Of a stretch of DNA of 64,000 bases, positions 1-13,443 are shown piece by piece. The notes under the pieces are model-generated. The model made no database searches. It worked only from the letters and a program-made list of their open reading frames with translations, and was not told where the DNA came from. The stretch comes from Octopus vulgaris. Lineage: Eukaryota. Location of the stretch: positions 50,220,001 to 50,284,000 of the forward strand of contig OX597829.1 in NCBI GenBank assembly GCA_951406725.2. The letters are read 5' to 3'. Position numbers and translations under genes: made by a program. Position 1 is the first letter of the stretch. Each line of letters starts with the position of its first letter.

Positions 1-445
1 GTGTGTATGGTGTGAGTGTGTGTGTGTGCGAGTGTTTATGTGTGTGTATGTGCGTGTGTGCATGTATGTGTATGGTGTGTGTGTGTGTGTGTGCGAGTGC
101 TTATGTGTGTGTATGTGTATGGTGTGTGTGTGTGCGAGTGTCTATGTGTGTGTATGTGTGAGTGTGTAAGTTTGTGTGTATGTGTGTGGTGTGAGCTAGG
201 TGTGTGAGTGCATGTGCATGTTTGTGTGTATGGTGTGAGTGTGTGTGTGTATGTATGTGCGTGTGATGTGAGTGTAGGTGTGTAAGTGTGTATGTAAGAG
301 TATGTGTATGTTTGCATATGTATGTGCATGTGTTTACATGAGAGTGTGTGTATGTGTGTGTATACACGTGATTGTGTGCATGCATGCATGTATGCACAAG
401 CATGCATGCATACGTACATGTGCATCCGAGCATGTGTGCATGAGA
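1..445. repeat. Compound (GT)n/(GTAT)n microsatellite
   Basis: Direct inspection. Confidence 0.95.
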
Positions 446-861
446 GTATTTCAGTGTAGTTTGGTGGATCAGACACAGAAACTATTATTCTCCAAATTAT
501 GGAAGAGTCATAACAAATTTTTTTTTTGGGGGGGGGTGTAATATGTCCCCTAAAATAGTTAATTGAATAGCATTGGCTGTATGGGGCGGAGAATTTGGTT
601 AAAATATCCATGACCCCACAAACAGGGATACTACAAGTTCAAATTCTAAGGAAAGAGAAAATGAGCCAACTCTATCTGCATGGATCAAGATAACTTAATC
701 TTTACTCTCTCTCTCTCTCTCTCTCTCTTTACCTCTTTCTTCCTTTCTTTCTTCTCTCTCTCTCTCTGCCTCATTCTTCCTAACTTTTTTCTTCTCTCTT
801 CTTCCTCTCTCTCTCTGCCTCTTTCTTCTCTCTTCTCTCTCTCTCTGTAAATGTGTATGTA

Positions 862-893
<32 letters not shown>

Positions 894-1278
894 CACATGT
901 GTTTGTGCATGTATTCATGTGTACATGTGTATGCATGTGTGTATGCGTGAGTGTAGTAAACGCAGATGGCTTAGTGGTTAGGGTTATGCAGCTCGTGGTC
1001 GTAAGGTCATCAGTTCAATTCCTGGTGGTGCGTTGTATCCTTGAGCAAGACACTTTATTTCCTGTTGCTTCAGTCCACTCAGCTGGCAAAAATGAGCTGT
1101 ACCAGTAATTCAAAAGGTGCCCACTTTGTAACATTCTAAGACATACTGAATCTCTCAGAGAGCTATGTTAAAGGTACACATGTCAGTGGGGTGCTGAACA
1201 TTAATTTCAAGAGCAGGCTGTTCCATTGATTGAATCAACTGAAACACTCACTATCTTAACCAATGGAGAGTCAAGCCA

Positions 1279-1309
<31 letters not shown>

Positions 1310-1999
1310 ATGTATTTAAGTTTACAAGCAAGAGGACAAGTGTTCAATACAAACAAAAGTAGTGTGTATTTATTTATTGGGAGTGATGAGAATACTTTTG
1401 TCAGTTTTGCAAATGTTTTTTTTTAATTAACTAAAGAGATGTTACATGAATGGCAATATTCATGAAACAGGTGTGACTGTGTGGTAAGAAGTTTGCTTCC
1501 CAAACACATGATTCCAGGTACAGTCCCACTGGGTGACACCTTGGGAAAACGTCTACTACTATATATTCTTACTCTAGGCACAAAGCCCAGAATTTTGGGG
1601 GAAGGATGAAAGGCGAAGTCGACCTCGGCAGAATTTGAACTCAGAACATAAAGACAGATGAAGAGAAAGTAATATTAATATAGTATTCGAGCAGGGTGCT
1701 ATTCTGCAGCAAATTGGCAGGTAAACTAAGCTTACACACTATGTATGTGTGACCAATAATGTTTACATTATTGGAGCTGCTTTTAATAAGAAATTTTATT
1801 TATTAAAAATTCCGGTAGCACATGAAGAAGCTTTCGAGCAAGGTTGTTGCCAGTGCCGCTGGACTGGCTCCTGTGCAGGTGGCACATAAAAAACACCATT
1901 TGAGCTTGGCCGTCGCCAGTACTGCCTGACTGGCCCTTGTGCCAGTGGTATGTAAAAGCACCCACTACACTCTCAGAGTGATTGGCGTTAGGAAACGTA

Positions 2000-2775
2000 T
2001 CACCAGTATCAAAGCGTAAAAAGCATTCTAAGCACTCTGAAATTATCAGAACACTTGACTTTATCCAGCAAGTTCAACAGACCTTTGATTACAATCCCAG
2101 AAAGTCCATGAGATCAATTGCAAAAGATCTCTATGTGTTAGAAGGAACAATCAGAAATGTTACCCATGAAGACATCTGATATCAGTCTTATATGATTAGG
2201 AAAGGTCAATTTGTAAGAAAAAGCAAACGAAAATCACTACATCAGATCTAAAAGGTTCTTGAACAAACTGAAAAATCCAGCAGAAGAAGATTTGATTTGG
2301 TTTTTCACAAACAAGAAAAACTTCGACCAAGATCAAAAAGTTAACAAGTAATGACAGATGGTTACGTGCAGACTCTTCTGAAGTTCCAAGTGTTATGCAT
2401 ATAAAATTTCTTGCAACTGTTATGGTTTTAGGGGTTGTCAGTAATGAAGGACATGTGATGCCTCCTTACCTCTTTCCACAAGGCCTTAGAGTTAACTCAG
2501 CCATCTACATTGATGTCCTTGAAATAATTGTTAAGCCCTGGATAGACAGTGTATGCAATGGAAGGACATATGTGTTTCAGCAAGACTCCACACTATCACA
2601 CATGACTCTAGTAACACAGGAATGGATGGCTGAAAAATTTCATGATCACATAATCCCTAACAGTTGGCCTTCTAATTTCCCAGATCTCAATCCATTTGAC
2701 TATTACATGGGGAGCATTGTTGAGAAAGAGGTCAGTGAACACGTCCAAAACACCAAAGATTCTATGAAAGGGCAG
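2000..2775 (+). mobile_element. Decayed Tc1/mariner-superfamily transposase, DD37D (maT) type
   Basis: ORF 2395..2787 has VMVLGVVSNEG, YVFQQD-x37-D and WPSNFPDLNPFDY; ORF 1982..2179 has the HTH-like NPRKSMRSIAKDL. Interrupted by stops. Confidence 0.85.
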
Positions 2776-4521
2776 AAGAGCTCATGAGCAGTCAATGGCC
2801 ATCCAACAGTATGTGTACATGTGTATGTATGCATGTATGTATGTGCAGGAACATGGAAATACCTGGATTGGTGTCCAGGTGTGTGGTTGATCCACTGGGA
2901 GTGGGGGGAGGCCCCTCTGTTGTTGTCACAACATCTCCCTCGGAGAATAAAACTCTGCAAGAAAACCTGCAACACTGACAATATTCAATGATGTAGACTA
3001 GTTCTTCTTTCTGAGTTTATGTTGTCCATATTCAGAGAGTGGGACTGGATCTGTGCAAATCATTTCCTTTCTATAAAAAACATCATGTACAGACATTACT
3101 TGCAAAAAATTACCTATCATAAAATTGGCTGGTTGTAGCCTTCGCATGACGCCACCCCGTTGGCTAAGCGAGCAGGTCGACAGAAGAAAGAGTGGTGAAA
3201 GAGTACAGCAGGGATCACCACCCCCTGCTGGAGCCTCGTGGAGCTTTTAGGTGTTTTCACTCAATAAACACTCACAACGCCCGGTCTGGGAATTGAAACT
3301 GCGATCCTGCAACCACGAGTCCGCTGCCCTAACCACTAGGCCATTGTGCCTCCACATATATATATATGCATGTATATGATATTTTTTTTAAAGAATGAAT
3401 AGATGTTGGTTAAAAAATAAAATAATATGTACACAACCAGTTTACTTACTGTGTAACCTGCTCTATGAAACAAACTTGGAAGAATCTTTTCGATAAAATT
3501 AACTGTGTCAGGTCGAGGAATCCTGAAATAAGAATATGATTTGGTAATATTAAAAGGAATTGTATGTCTTTGAACATTTCAACAGATATATACATGACAA
3601 ACATTTTGGAAATCATTCATTTAAAAAAAAAAAAGCAAGCCTACAAATCAGTGATAGAAAATAAACAAATTTATGACCAGTTCAAATACGTATGACAGAT
3701 ATTTGAACCTGTAAAAGACATTTCACTGTAGTTTGTGCTGTAAAAAAATTCTTGCTTAAGATAAAAAGATGTTGAAACACCATAGTCAGATCAGAGCATT
3801 CTCTATTGGATTGATGGATACATTTCAAACTCTTTAATTCTCTTCAGCGCCAGACACCAAGAGAGACAACTCTAAACTGACAAGAAAGAGCAGCTTCTTT
3901 TATCTCAACTCAATCTATATAATAGTCTGCTTCTTCATTTGTCCATTATCCATTAGATAGTTAGAGAAGGTGGAGTAAGAGTGAGAAACAGAGAGGAAGG
4001 AGTGAAGAAAGAAGAGAAGAAAAAGAGAAAGGTGATTAATATTAATAGACTTAGGGCAAATGGTCATGTGGTTAGCTGAAGGTAGAAGTGAAGAACAAGA
4101 GAAAGAGAGGGAGAGAGAAGTATTAACGATATGTAGTGGGGTGTGGAAGGAATACTTATTACAATGGTTAAAAGTTAGCTGAAGGGAAAGGTAGGGAGAG
4201 ATGGACGGGGAGGCAGTTATATTGAGAGAGGGGCAGATAGTGGTGATGGTGGTGGTGTGTGTTGATAGCGAAAAGTAATTTTTTTATTGGATTAATTTTT
4301 TTTTATAGCAATCATCACTTAAAGCATATGCATACATGCAACTATTTATTGTCAGCTTGCTTAAAAAATTTATATTTGTTTATAAGGGTTAATATATGGG
4401 TTAATTGATATTTGTTTATAAGGGTTAATATATGGGTTAATTGATATTTGTTTATAAGGGTTAATATATGAGTTAATTGATATTTGTTTATAAAGGTTAA
4501 TTTGTATATAAGGATTAATAT

Positions 4522-6305
4522 ATCATCATCATCATCATTTAGCGGCTGTGAAGCCAGAAGGCTGCACCAGGCTCCAGTCTGATCTGGCAGTGTTTCTACG
4601 GCTGGATGCCCTTCCTAACGCCAACCACTCCGCGAGTGTAGTGGGTGCTTTTTACGTGCCACCGGCACGGAGGCCAGATAGGGCGGCGCTGGCAATGGCC
4701 ACGAATGGATGGTGCTTTTTACGTGTCACCGGCACGGAGGCCAGTCGGGGCGGCGCTGGCAACGGCCACGATCGGATGGTTCTCTTACTTATCACCAGCA
4801 CTGGTATCACAGCCGCAATTTCCATTGATGTTGATCGACTTTGATTTTGGTTCTGCTTTCTGATATCTGATTTGATTTGGTTTGATTTGATTTTGATTTT
4901 GATTTTGATTTTCACTTGCCTCAACGGGTCTTCACAAGTGGAGTTTTGTGTCCCAAGAAGGAAAGGTATGTATAAGTCGACTGGCTACATACCAGGTAGA
5001 GGCCACGGGTTATGGTCTCACTAGTCTTGCCGGGTCTTCTCACGCACAGCATACTTCCATAGGTCTCGGTCTCTAGTCATTTCCTTGGTGAGACCTAAAG
5101 TGCGAAGGTCGTGCTTCACCACCTCGTCCCAGCTTTTCCTGGGTCTACCTCTTCCACAGGTTCCCTCAACTGCTAGGGTGTGGCACTTTTGCACACAACT
5201 ATCTTCAGCCATTCTCGTCACATGACCATACCAGCGCAAACGTCTCTCTTGCACACCACATCTGATGCTTCTTAGGTCCTACTTTTCTCTCAAGGTACTT
5301 ACACTCTGTCGATTATGAACATTGACATTACACATCCATCGGAGCATACTGGCTTCATTTCTTGCGAGCTTACGCATATCCTCAGCAGTCACGGCCCATG
5401 TTTCACTACCATGTAGCATGGCTGTACGTACACATGCATCATACAGTCTGCCTTTTACTCTGAGCGAGAGGCCTTTTGTCACCAGCAGGGGTAAGAGCTC
5501 TCTGAACTTTGCCCAGGCTATTCTTACTCTAGCAGTTACACTTTCAGCACCCCCACCCCCGCTGCTGACTTGGTCACCTAGGTAACAGAAGCTATCAACT
5601 ACTTCTAGTTTGTCTCCCTGGAACGTGGTGGAAGTTGGTCTCTGCACATTTCCAGTGTTTATTGCTCCTGAGCATCTGCCACAGACAAAAACTATTTTCC
5701 TAGTTAGCCTTCCTTTGACATTGCTGCACCTCTTATGTGTCCATAGCTTACACTTGGTGCACCTTATAGTTTCTACCTACACCTTTTCTACAGATCGAGC
5801 AGGGCCATCTACCTGAAGTCGTTTGTGATTGGTCTACCTTCCTACTTATTAGGACTTTGGTTTTGGCTCGGTTGATTCTAAGGCCCTTCGATTCTAATCC
5901 TTGCTTCCACACCTGAAACTTCTCCTCCAGTTCTGATAGTGACTCAGCAATTAGAGCAAGGTCATCAGCATAGAGGAGCTCCCAGGGGCATCCTGTCGTG
6001 AATTCCTCCGTTATTGCCTGGAGGACTATGATAAATAGGAAGGCACTGAGGACTGAACCTTGGTGGACCCCAACCTCTACCCGGAATTCTTCACTGTACT
6101 CGTTGCCAACCCTCACCTTACCAGCAGCGTCTCTGTACATGGCTCGCACAGCTCCCACTAACCATTCATCTATCCCTAGTTTATTCATTGACCACCAGAT
6201 AAGGGATCAGGGGACCCTGTCGAAGGCTTTCTCCATGTCAACAAAAGCCAGGTACAGGGGCTTATCTTTGGCTAGGTATTTCTCCTGCTGCTGTCTTACC
6301 AGGAA
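4522..6305 (-). mobile_element. 5'-truncated RTE-clade LINE with frameshifted RT and (ATG)n tail
   Basis: VGVHQGSVLS, LLYADDLALIA, FCYLGD, RRLRWYGHV, GRGRPRKSW; ends EKTRQD*, then a modular 3' UTR and tail. Confidence 0.93.
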
Positions 6306-6377
6306 TTGAAAAGGTTGCAAGATGCAACGAAGATTTCAGGAAAATAAAAATAAGTGGAAATTTTACCGGTGAGTGTG

Positions 6378-6606
6378 TTAACCCTTTAGTGTTCACATTA
6401 ATCTGCCAAAATTAATGTTTTTTCATCCACTTTGTTTTGAACTAATCATGCATTATCTTGTAGTTATGAGATTTTGATGAGGTAGCTGTTAATTTTTAAA
6501 ACAATATTGTAGGGTTGGTGTGAGAGACCAGATATGGCCAATTTGAACATAAAACAAGCAGAATACTTTTGGCCGGATATGGCCGGTTTAAATGCTAAAG
6601 GGCTAA
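6378..6606. mobile_element. piggyBac-type MITE
   Basis: TTAA-CCCTTTAG...CTAAAGGG-(C)TAA ends; related partial copy in opposite orientation at about 48340-48505. Confidence 0.6.
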
Positions 6607-8015
6607 ATTATAAGGCACAAAAGAAAATGACTCCCCCCAGACACAACAGAATATGGGTTAATTGATATTTGTTTATAAAGGTTAATTTGTTTATAAGGGT
6701 TAATTTCACAAGAAACAGGGTTGCAAGCTGCCCGAGAAAGGATGCACAGACATAGAGCACAGATCAGAGAGGAACAGCAAAAAGATATAATAAAATAAGG
6801 TAAAAGACAACACTGAAGGAAACATAAGGAAAAGAATGTAGATGAACGTGAAGAATATGTAAAGAAAGCTAAACAATGAATGCTATAAAAATGCATATCA
6901 TCCTTTCTTTCTTAAATAGGGTCCCTTAATGTTTTCTCATTCTGTGGAATTTCCACAGATCCAACAAGTATATATTATTTAGGGATAAGCACACACTGGT
7001 TGAGAATTTTTCTACTTGATAAATTGCAGTGAAAAGCATTTACAGGTTCAAATTTGTCATATATATATATATATATATATGCCAGTGCCGCCTTGTCTGG
7101 CTTCTGTGCCGGTAGCACATTAAAAGCACCAACCGATCGTGGCCGATGCCAGACTCCCCTGGCACGTAAAAAGCACCCACTACACTCGCGGAGTGGTTGG
7201 CGTTAGGAAGGGCATCCAGCTGTAGAAACACTGCCAGATCAGACTGGAGCCTGGTGCAGCTCCTGGCTTCCCAGACCCCGGTCGAACCGTCCAACCGGTG
7301 CTAGCGCGGAAAACGGACGTTAAACGATGATGATGATATATATATATATATGAGATATTTATACATACACACACATACATGAATTTATACATGAGTATAT
7401 ATAAATGGAGTGAGAGAGAATAATTGTTTGTCAGGTTGACTGACATACATACAAGCATGCATACATATATACATACATGAGTACATACATACATACATGA
7501 GTACATGCATACATATGTACGTACATATATACATACATGTTCATGTAGGGTGTTTACGAAGTTTATGTCTTAACCAGTTGGCTTCAGGGTTATGCCCTCT
7601 GCACTTTACCTTCTGCTATATACCTGGATTGATCAAAGCTTTATGAGAATTTAGTAGTTGTAAACTGAAAGAAATTTTTGTGCATTTACAGAGAATACCA
7701 AACTGTCTTACACAGGATCTTGTTTTTAGGAATTCCCAATGACTTATGAATACCCAAATTGTGAAATCAGTTATGTAATAACATGAAATTAGTTACCTGA
7801 TAGTAAGAATTCAAATAAAGTAGCCCTGAAAATGGCTTTAAAGCATTCCCAGAGTATATAAAACATAAGAGAAAATACTAATAAGTTATGTATACTAAAT
7901 TGTGAAGCATGTTACATAATAACAGGCAAATCAGATATGAGATAATAATAATTCTAAGTAAATAACTCTAAAAAGGGCATTTGTGCATTCCCAGTGAATA
8001 TTGCCCTCAGGGATA

Positions 8016-8400
8016 CTAGTGTTGGTATATTCGTGAATAAGTCACTAACCGAAATAAGTGGATTTATTGTTTAAGAAAATACTATTTACTTCTTTAAGGG
8101 TTGTACTGGATAACCTATGAAAATAACTAACAGTTCAAATACTAAGGAATAAGCATACTCAATTTCATTTTTACCAAATATTTAAAGAAAATGAATAGGT
8201 TATTTCCCTTGGCTCTATATATAAGGATCCCTTCCAGGAGCCCTATTATCAATTTTTTTGAACAATTTGAGTATGCCATGAGGTTTCCAAACATGAGTTC
8301 TACTCACGTGTCAAGTTTCATCAAAATCGATAAAACGATGTAGGAGGAGTTAGCTAACAACTCCACAAACACACACACAGACAGAATTTCCCATACATAT
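8016..8400 (-). mobile_element. Non-autonomous Helitron-like element
   Basis: CTAG terminus at 8016-8019. Shares gtgtcaagtttcatca and cacacagacaga motifs with the 30504-30905 element. Confidence 0.5.
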
Positions 8401-8430
8401 ACTATATATACTATATATATATATTATAAA

Positions 8431-9112
8431 ATGATAGGGGTTGAAAATTCAACCCACCAATAGTAATTTTTATAAATTTTATAGCTTTAGAATTTTATGA
8501 ACTGTACCACGGATTTAATTATTATTATTTTTCATCTCCATATGTGTTAGCCCTTTTTTATATAAAAAACTATTAGCTAAATATGTATGATATCGGTACT
8601 TATTAATATTATATATACACTGTTATATATTTTGTTTTATTTTGTTCTGGCTACCTTCCTTTTTGTACAAATGTGTATTATATTATACAAGTGTAGCATT
8701 ATGATGTATAAGTTTTTATATTTTACTTTTTTATATTTTTATATTTATATGTATATGATTATATAATATTTTTCACTATTATAACAAATTTAATTTAATT
8801 CTCTGAAGAGGCCGTGGGGCATCTTTGTTAATGCCTCATTTATACCTGCCTTTATGGCTTATAGGTTAAATGAGGTATGACTGTCCTCACTGCCGAAACA
8901 GCTGTCAGTTTTGATTTATTTGCATATTGTATTTGTAATTTTTTACTTATATCTCTTTATCTTTTTACTTTTACTATTACTGTATATCTCATTTCATTTC
9001 ATTTTATATATTGCCTTTACTCCTATGTAATGGTGTATTAAAGTATGGATTGAGTATCATCGGATAGTTGATGTTTTATTGATTTAAATATGTTTCTCCA
9101 TTCTCTAATTTT

Positions 9113-9115
<3 letters not shown>
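8431..9115 (+). mobile_element. Non-autonomous AT-rich hammerhead-bearing element (Penelope pLTR-like) in a (TA)n tract
   Basis: Near-identical copy at 58820-59418; TA microsatellite on both sides; contains the hammerhead core. Confidence 0.7.
8801..8910 (+). ncRNA. Minimal type I hammerhead ribozyme motif with long stem II (Penelope-associated type)
   Basis: CTGAAGA (8803-8809), 85-nt paired stem II (GGCCGTGGGG...CCTCACTGCC, inner ATGCCTCATTTA/TAAATGAGGTAT), GAAA (8895-8898), palindromic ACAGCTGT stem III, GTC triplet (8904-8906). Stem I is weak. Confidence 0.72.
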
Positions 9116-9152
<37 letters not shown>

Positions 9153-10069
9153 ATAATAACATTAAGCAGAAGATACGACAATATCCTGAGCATGTTTGGG
9201 ACTCACTAATTTTGATAACAATAACTGCTTGGTGGTACTATCCATAATTCCATTGGCGGTACTATCTAATAGTCACAAGCCAGCTCTGACTGAACCAACG
9301 GGTTGTTAGGTGGGTATGAACCACGAGAAACATGCCTATCACACTTAGTTAGTTGATTGAATTTTAGGTTGCTTTTACAAGTGTTTAGTTTTATGTTTTG
9401 AAATTTCAGCTTCATATTCTTCTTGGTTTGACGTTAGTCCTCTTACCTTAAGAGCTAAAGTATAATAAAAATAATTGCTTCTACTGTTGGCACATGGCCT
9501 GAAATGATGGGGAAGTTTTCCAAAAGTACTTGGAGCCTTAGATATTCAAACATCAATTTCATTATCAAAAGCACTCTCAAAGTTTAGTGTACTTCCGAGA
9601 TAGTTTAATGACCTGACCCATTTGAGTGGCTTATTGTCAACCATCATATCTGAATTTTGAGTATGTTCGGTCCTAGGCTTTGGTTGGAATGATGATGATG
9701 ATAAAGTGAAGGAGGAGGAGGACGAGGGGAGAAAAGGAAGATATAATAAGGATAATAATAATAATAAAATAAGCCGGACATAGTTTTAATTGAGAAAGAA
9801 AACAAACTATGCTGGATCATAGATATATATTTCTTTACTACCCACAAGGGGCTAAACACAGAGGGGACAAACAAGGACAGACAAAGGGATTAAGTCGGTT
9901 ATATCGACCCCAGTGTGTAACTGGTACTTAATTTATCGACTCTGAAAGGATGAAAGGCAAAGTCAACCTCGGCGGAATTTGAACTCGGAACGTAACGTCA
10001 GACAAAATACAGCTATGCATTTCGCCCGGCATGCTAATGTTTCTGCCAGCTCGTCGCCCTAATCATAGA

Positions 10070-10400
10070 TATAGCATGACCAGCTGACAACAAGGTATGC
10101 GATGAGGAAGAAAGAAAAGTTGAGATATATGGGAGTTTAAGCAGTTGTGGTCGATGAGAAAGGTAGCAGTAATTGTCGGAGCCCTGGGAAGAGTGAGCAA
10201 AAATCTCAAGAAGTACGTGGATCAAATAGGGGCTGCGATAAGGGTGGAGCACTTGCAGAAAACAGTACTGCTTGGAACTGCTCGAATATTCCTGAAGGTG
10301 CTCGAAAAATAAGGGGTGTTACCTTAGTTCACTGGTAGTGAACAGCTGACACTGTAGTACATCTCCAGCGTTAGAAGCTGTGCAAAGGCAATGATAATGA
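10070..10400 (+). mobile_element. 3' fragment of an RLE-type LINE (R4/Dong-like)
   Basis: Translates VAVIVGALGRVSKNLKKYVDQIG...LQKTVLLGTARIFLKVL and ends in a TAA-like tail. Confidence 0.7.
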
Positions 10401-10924
10401 TAATTGTTACAACTTGAACTTACCACTACATGTTATGTGTCATTCAGTCTATTGTGTGTGTGCATGTATGTGTGTGTATGATGGTCAATTGTGATTGGTT
10501 CTTCTCCAATCCATAAAACCTGCTGTAAATTGTTTGGGAACAATAAATGTTTTGTTTATCCACAGCATGCGTTTGGTGTTCTGTTTCCATTAGGCTATGG
10601 CCTGAATTATATATCTTACTGGAATAGGACTGGTACTTATTAATAATAATGGTTTGAAATCTTGGCACAAGGCAGACAAAGGGATTAAGTCGGTTATATC
10701 GACCCCAGTGTGTAACTGGTACTTAATTTATCGACTCCGAAAGGATGAAAGGCAAAGTCGACCTTGGTGGAATTTGAACTCGGAAGGTAACGTCAAACAA
10801 AATACAGCTATGCATTTCACCCAGCATGCTAATGTTTCTGCCAGCTCGTCGCACCTTCCAACAGTAATAATAATAATAATAATAATAATATTAATAATAA
10901 TAATAATAATAGTCTTAATAATAA

Positions 10925-11667
10925 TGATTTAACATCTGTTGTCCATACTGGCATGGATTGGACAGTTTAACTAGGGCTGGCAAGCTGGCAAGCTGCACCA
11001 GTCTGATTTGGCATGGTTTCCACAGCTGGGTGCCCTTCCTAACCATTTCAAGGGTGTAACAGGTGTTTTACGTGCCATTTGTGTGACACCGGTATCTGCC
11101 ACAACTGCAATTTTGCTCAGGTTGATGTGTCTTCTTCTCAAGCACAACATAATGCCAAAGGTCTCAGTCATTCATCATTGCCTCCATAAGGCCCTACACT
11201 CAAAAGGTGCTTTTCATGTATCACTGGCATCGGCCACCTTGCCTCCATGAGACCCAATGTCCAAAAGGTGCTTTTTACATGCTGCCAGTCATATGACACC
11301 CACATTGGCCATCACTGCAATTTCACTTGACTTGACAGGTCTGTACAGTATGCTCAAGTACAGCATATCTCCAAAGGTCTCGGTCACTAGACATCGTCTC
11401 CATGAGGCCCAAAGTTTGGAGACCATGCTTCACCACCTCATCCCATGTTTTCCTGGGTCTACCTCTTCCACAGGCTTCCTCCACAGTTAGAGTGCAACAC
11501 TTCTTCGCACAGCTGTCCTCATCCATATGCATCACATGACCATACCAGTGCAGTCATCTCACTTGCACACCGCATCCGATGCTTCTTATGCCCAACTTTT
11601 CTCTCAAGATGCTTACATTCTGTTGTACATGCACACTGACATTGCACATCCAGCGAAGCACACTGGC

Positions 11668-11668
<1 letters not shown>
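10925..11668 (-). mobile_element. Older RTE LINE 3' end
   Basis: MDEDSCAKKCCTLTVEEACGRGRPRKTWDEVVKH...DRDLWRYAV; same family as 4522-6305. Confidence 0.85.
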
Positions 11669-11766
<98 letters not shown>

Positions 11767-12550
11767 TTAGCTAATGAACCCTAATAAATTAGCTAACGAA
11801 CCCTAATAAATTAGCTAACGTACGAAGATACATTCTCAACGCAAAAAAAATATCAGAAATAGAAATAGAACATCTAAAAGAAAAAATCCAGGAAAATGTA
11901 GATAGAAGCCACACAACAATGCCCAATAATATACAAATACATAACAAAAGCACCAGGACTTACAAACACATATAACATACAGAAAATTGCACTACTGGGC
12001 ACTGCACACATCCTACGCAGAACACTTTCCATACAATAACCATCAGAGCATCACAACAAATCACAGCACATAGTGAAGTGAAAGCACGCTATAAAAATAA
12101 AACTACTGAATAATAATAATAATAATAATGAGCCAGTATAAGGATCTTGAAATAGAAATTGGCAAAATGTAGAACCTCAAGACTAAACCAATACTTGTTG
12201 TCATAGGTGCCCAAGGAATGATAGCAAAAGCTAGAATGATACCTAGCTCAGAAACCAAGAAATCCCAAAACAGTAGAAATTTTTTTTAAATGCTTGTGGG
12301 AATTGCCCGTATCCTATGTAAAATACTATGTAGTCTCAAATCTTAAAACAAATTTATAATAATTTTCTTATGTTTTCTTAAACATTCTCTAGAACAATAT
12401 TTTGTGCCAAACAAAATATATGGCACCGTAGTTATAACTTCAACTTCTAATTTTTATTGTCTCTTGAGGTCTCTGGGTGAGACTTGGAGTCAACTTGCAC
12501 AAATACAAAGCAAAAGTCAAACATAATAATAATAATAATAATAATAAGTA
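11669..12550 (+). mobile_element. (TAA)n tract with two R4/Dong-like LINE relics
   Basis: About 32 TAA units, then ANVRRYILN...IEIEHLKEKI joined to IQKIALLGTAHILRRTLSIQ. Second relic YKDLEIEIGKM...TIPVVIGA-like. Each ends in (TAA)n. Confidence 0.65.
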
Positions 12551-13044
12551 TTATCATGTACATTGTTTTGTCTTGGTATAAAAGATGGGCTACAGCAAAT
12601 ATTCTGCTCAATACCACAGATTTGCTTGTCAGTTGTTTGACCTTAACCAGTTGAGCATGTCCCTTAGTGGCTGACAATATGTGCATCTCTGATCATGAGC
12701 AGAAGTAGTGGGGGAGCATCATAGCCATGTGTTGAGAGGGATTCTTTGGGGTTTGAATAATTCACCTCTGGAAACATGGGTGGTTCTTTCAACATCCTTA
12801 AATAACCTTTATTCAGGGACCTTTTGAGCGGGATGGGCTACTCAACCTAAAGAAAATTCTAACTGGGCCCCACCTACAAGGTCATGTGCTGTTTATCTTG
12901 ATATGAGATCACCATGTCACGCACATATGGTTGTGATGCATGTGCCTGGTGTACCCTTATCAGACGGGTAGTCATGATGGGTATATTGGGCTTCATATAT
13001 TTTACCCCAGTGTCACTTTGATGGCATGAACTGCTCTCTCACTC

Positions 13045-13083
<39 letters not shown>

Positions 13084-13381
13084 AAAAATGGCTTTAAGTT
13101 TTGGCACAAGGCCAGCAATCTTCAGGGGAGATTACATCAATCCCAGTATCCAAATGGTATTTATTTTATTGACCCCGAAAGGATGAAAGCTGACTTTGGC
13201 AAATAAGTACCAGAAATAAGCAGAAGTTGATAGAATCATTTGTGATTTTTTTCCATTACACAAACGCTGGCATTTGGATCAGCAAAAATAATAAAACAAA
13301 GATTAAGAAACAAATAAATAAACTGAAAGTTACAAGAATCCTAATGACAGAAACCAGTGGAAGAATAAAAGATTAACATAC

Positions 13382-13443
13382 TTATTTTCTTGTATAAACT
13401 TGGTTAATACGAGTCTTAGAAGCTTCTGAGTAGCTTTGAAAAC
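13382..13443 (-). CDS. CEP104: CEP104 TOG-domain exon (last found in window): VFKATQKLLRLVLTKFIQEN
   Basis: Acceptor tctttttctttag, donor gtatgt; phase 0 to 2. Matches VFQASLKLLKMIITQYIPKHK. Confidence 0.88.

Noticed and set aside
3290-3353. tRNA-like sequences (also about 960-1030, 29660-29725, 49091-49140)
   Set aside because: They continue into SINE bodies and lack complete cloverleaves; SINE heads, not tRNA genes.
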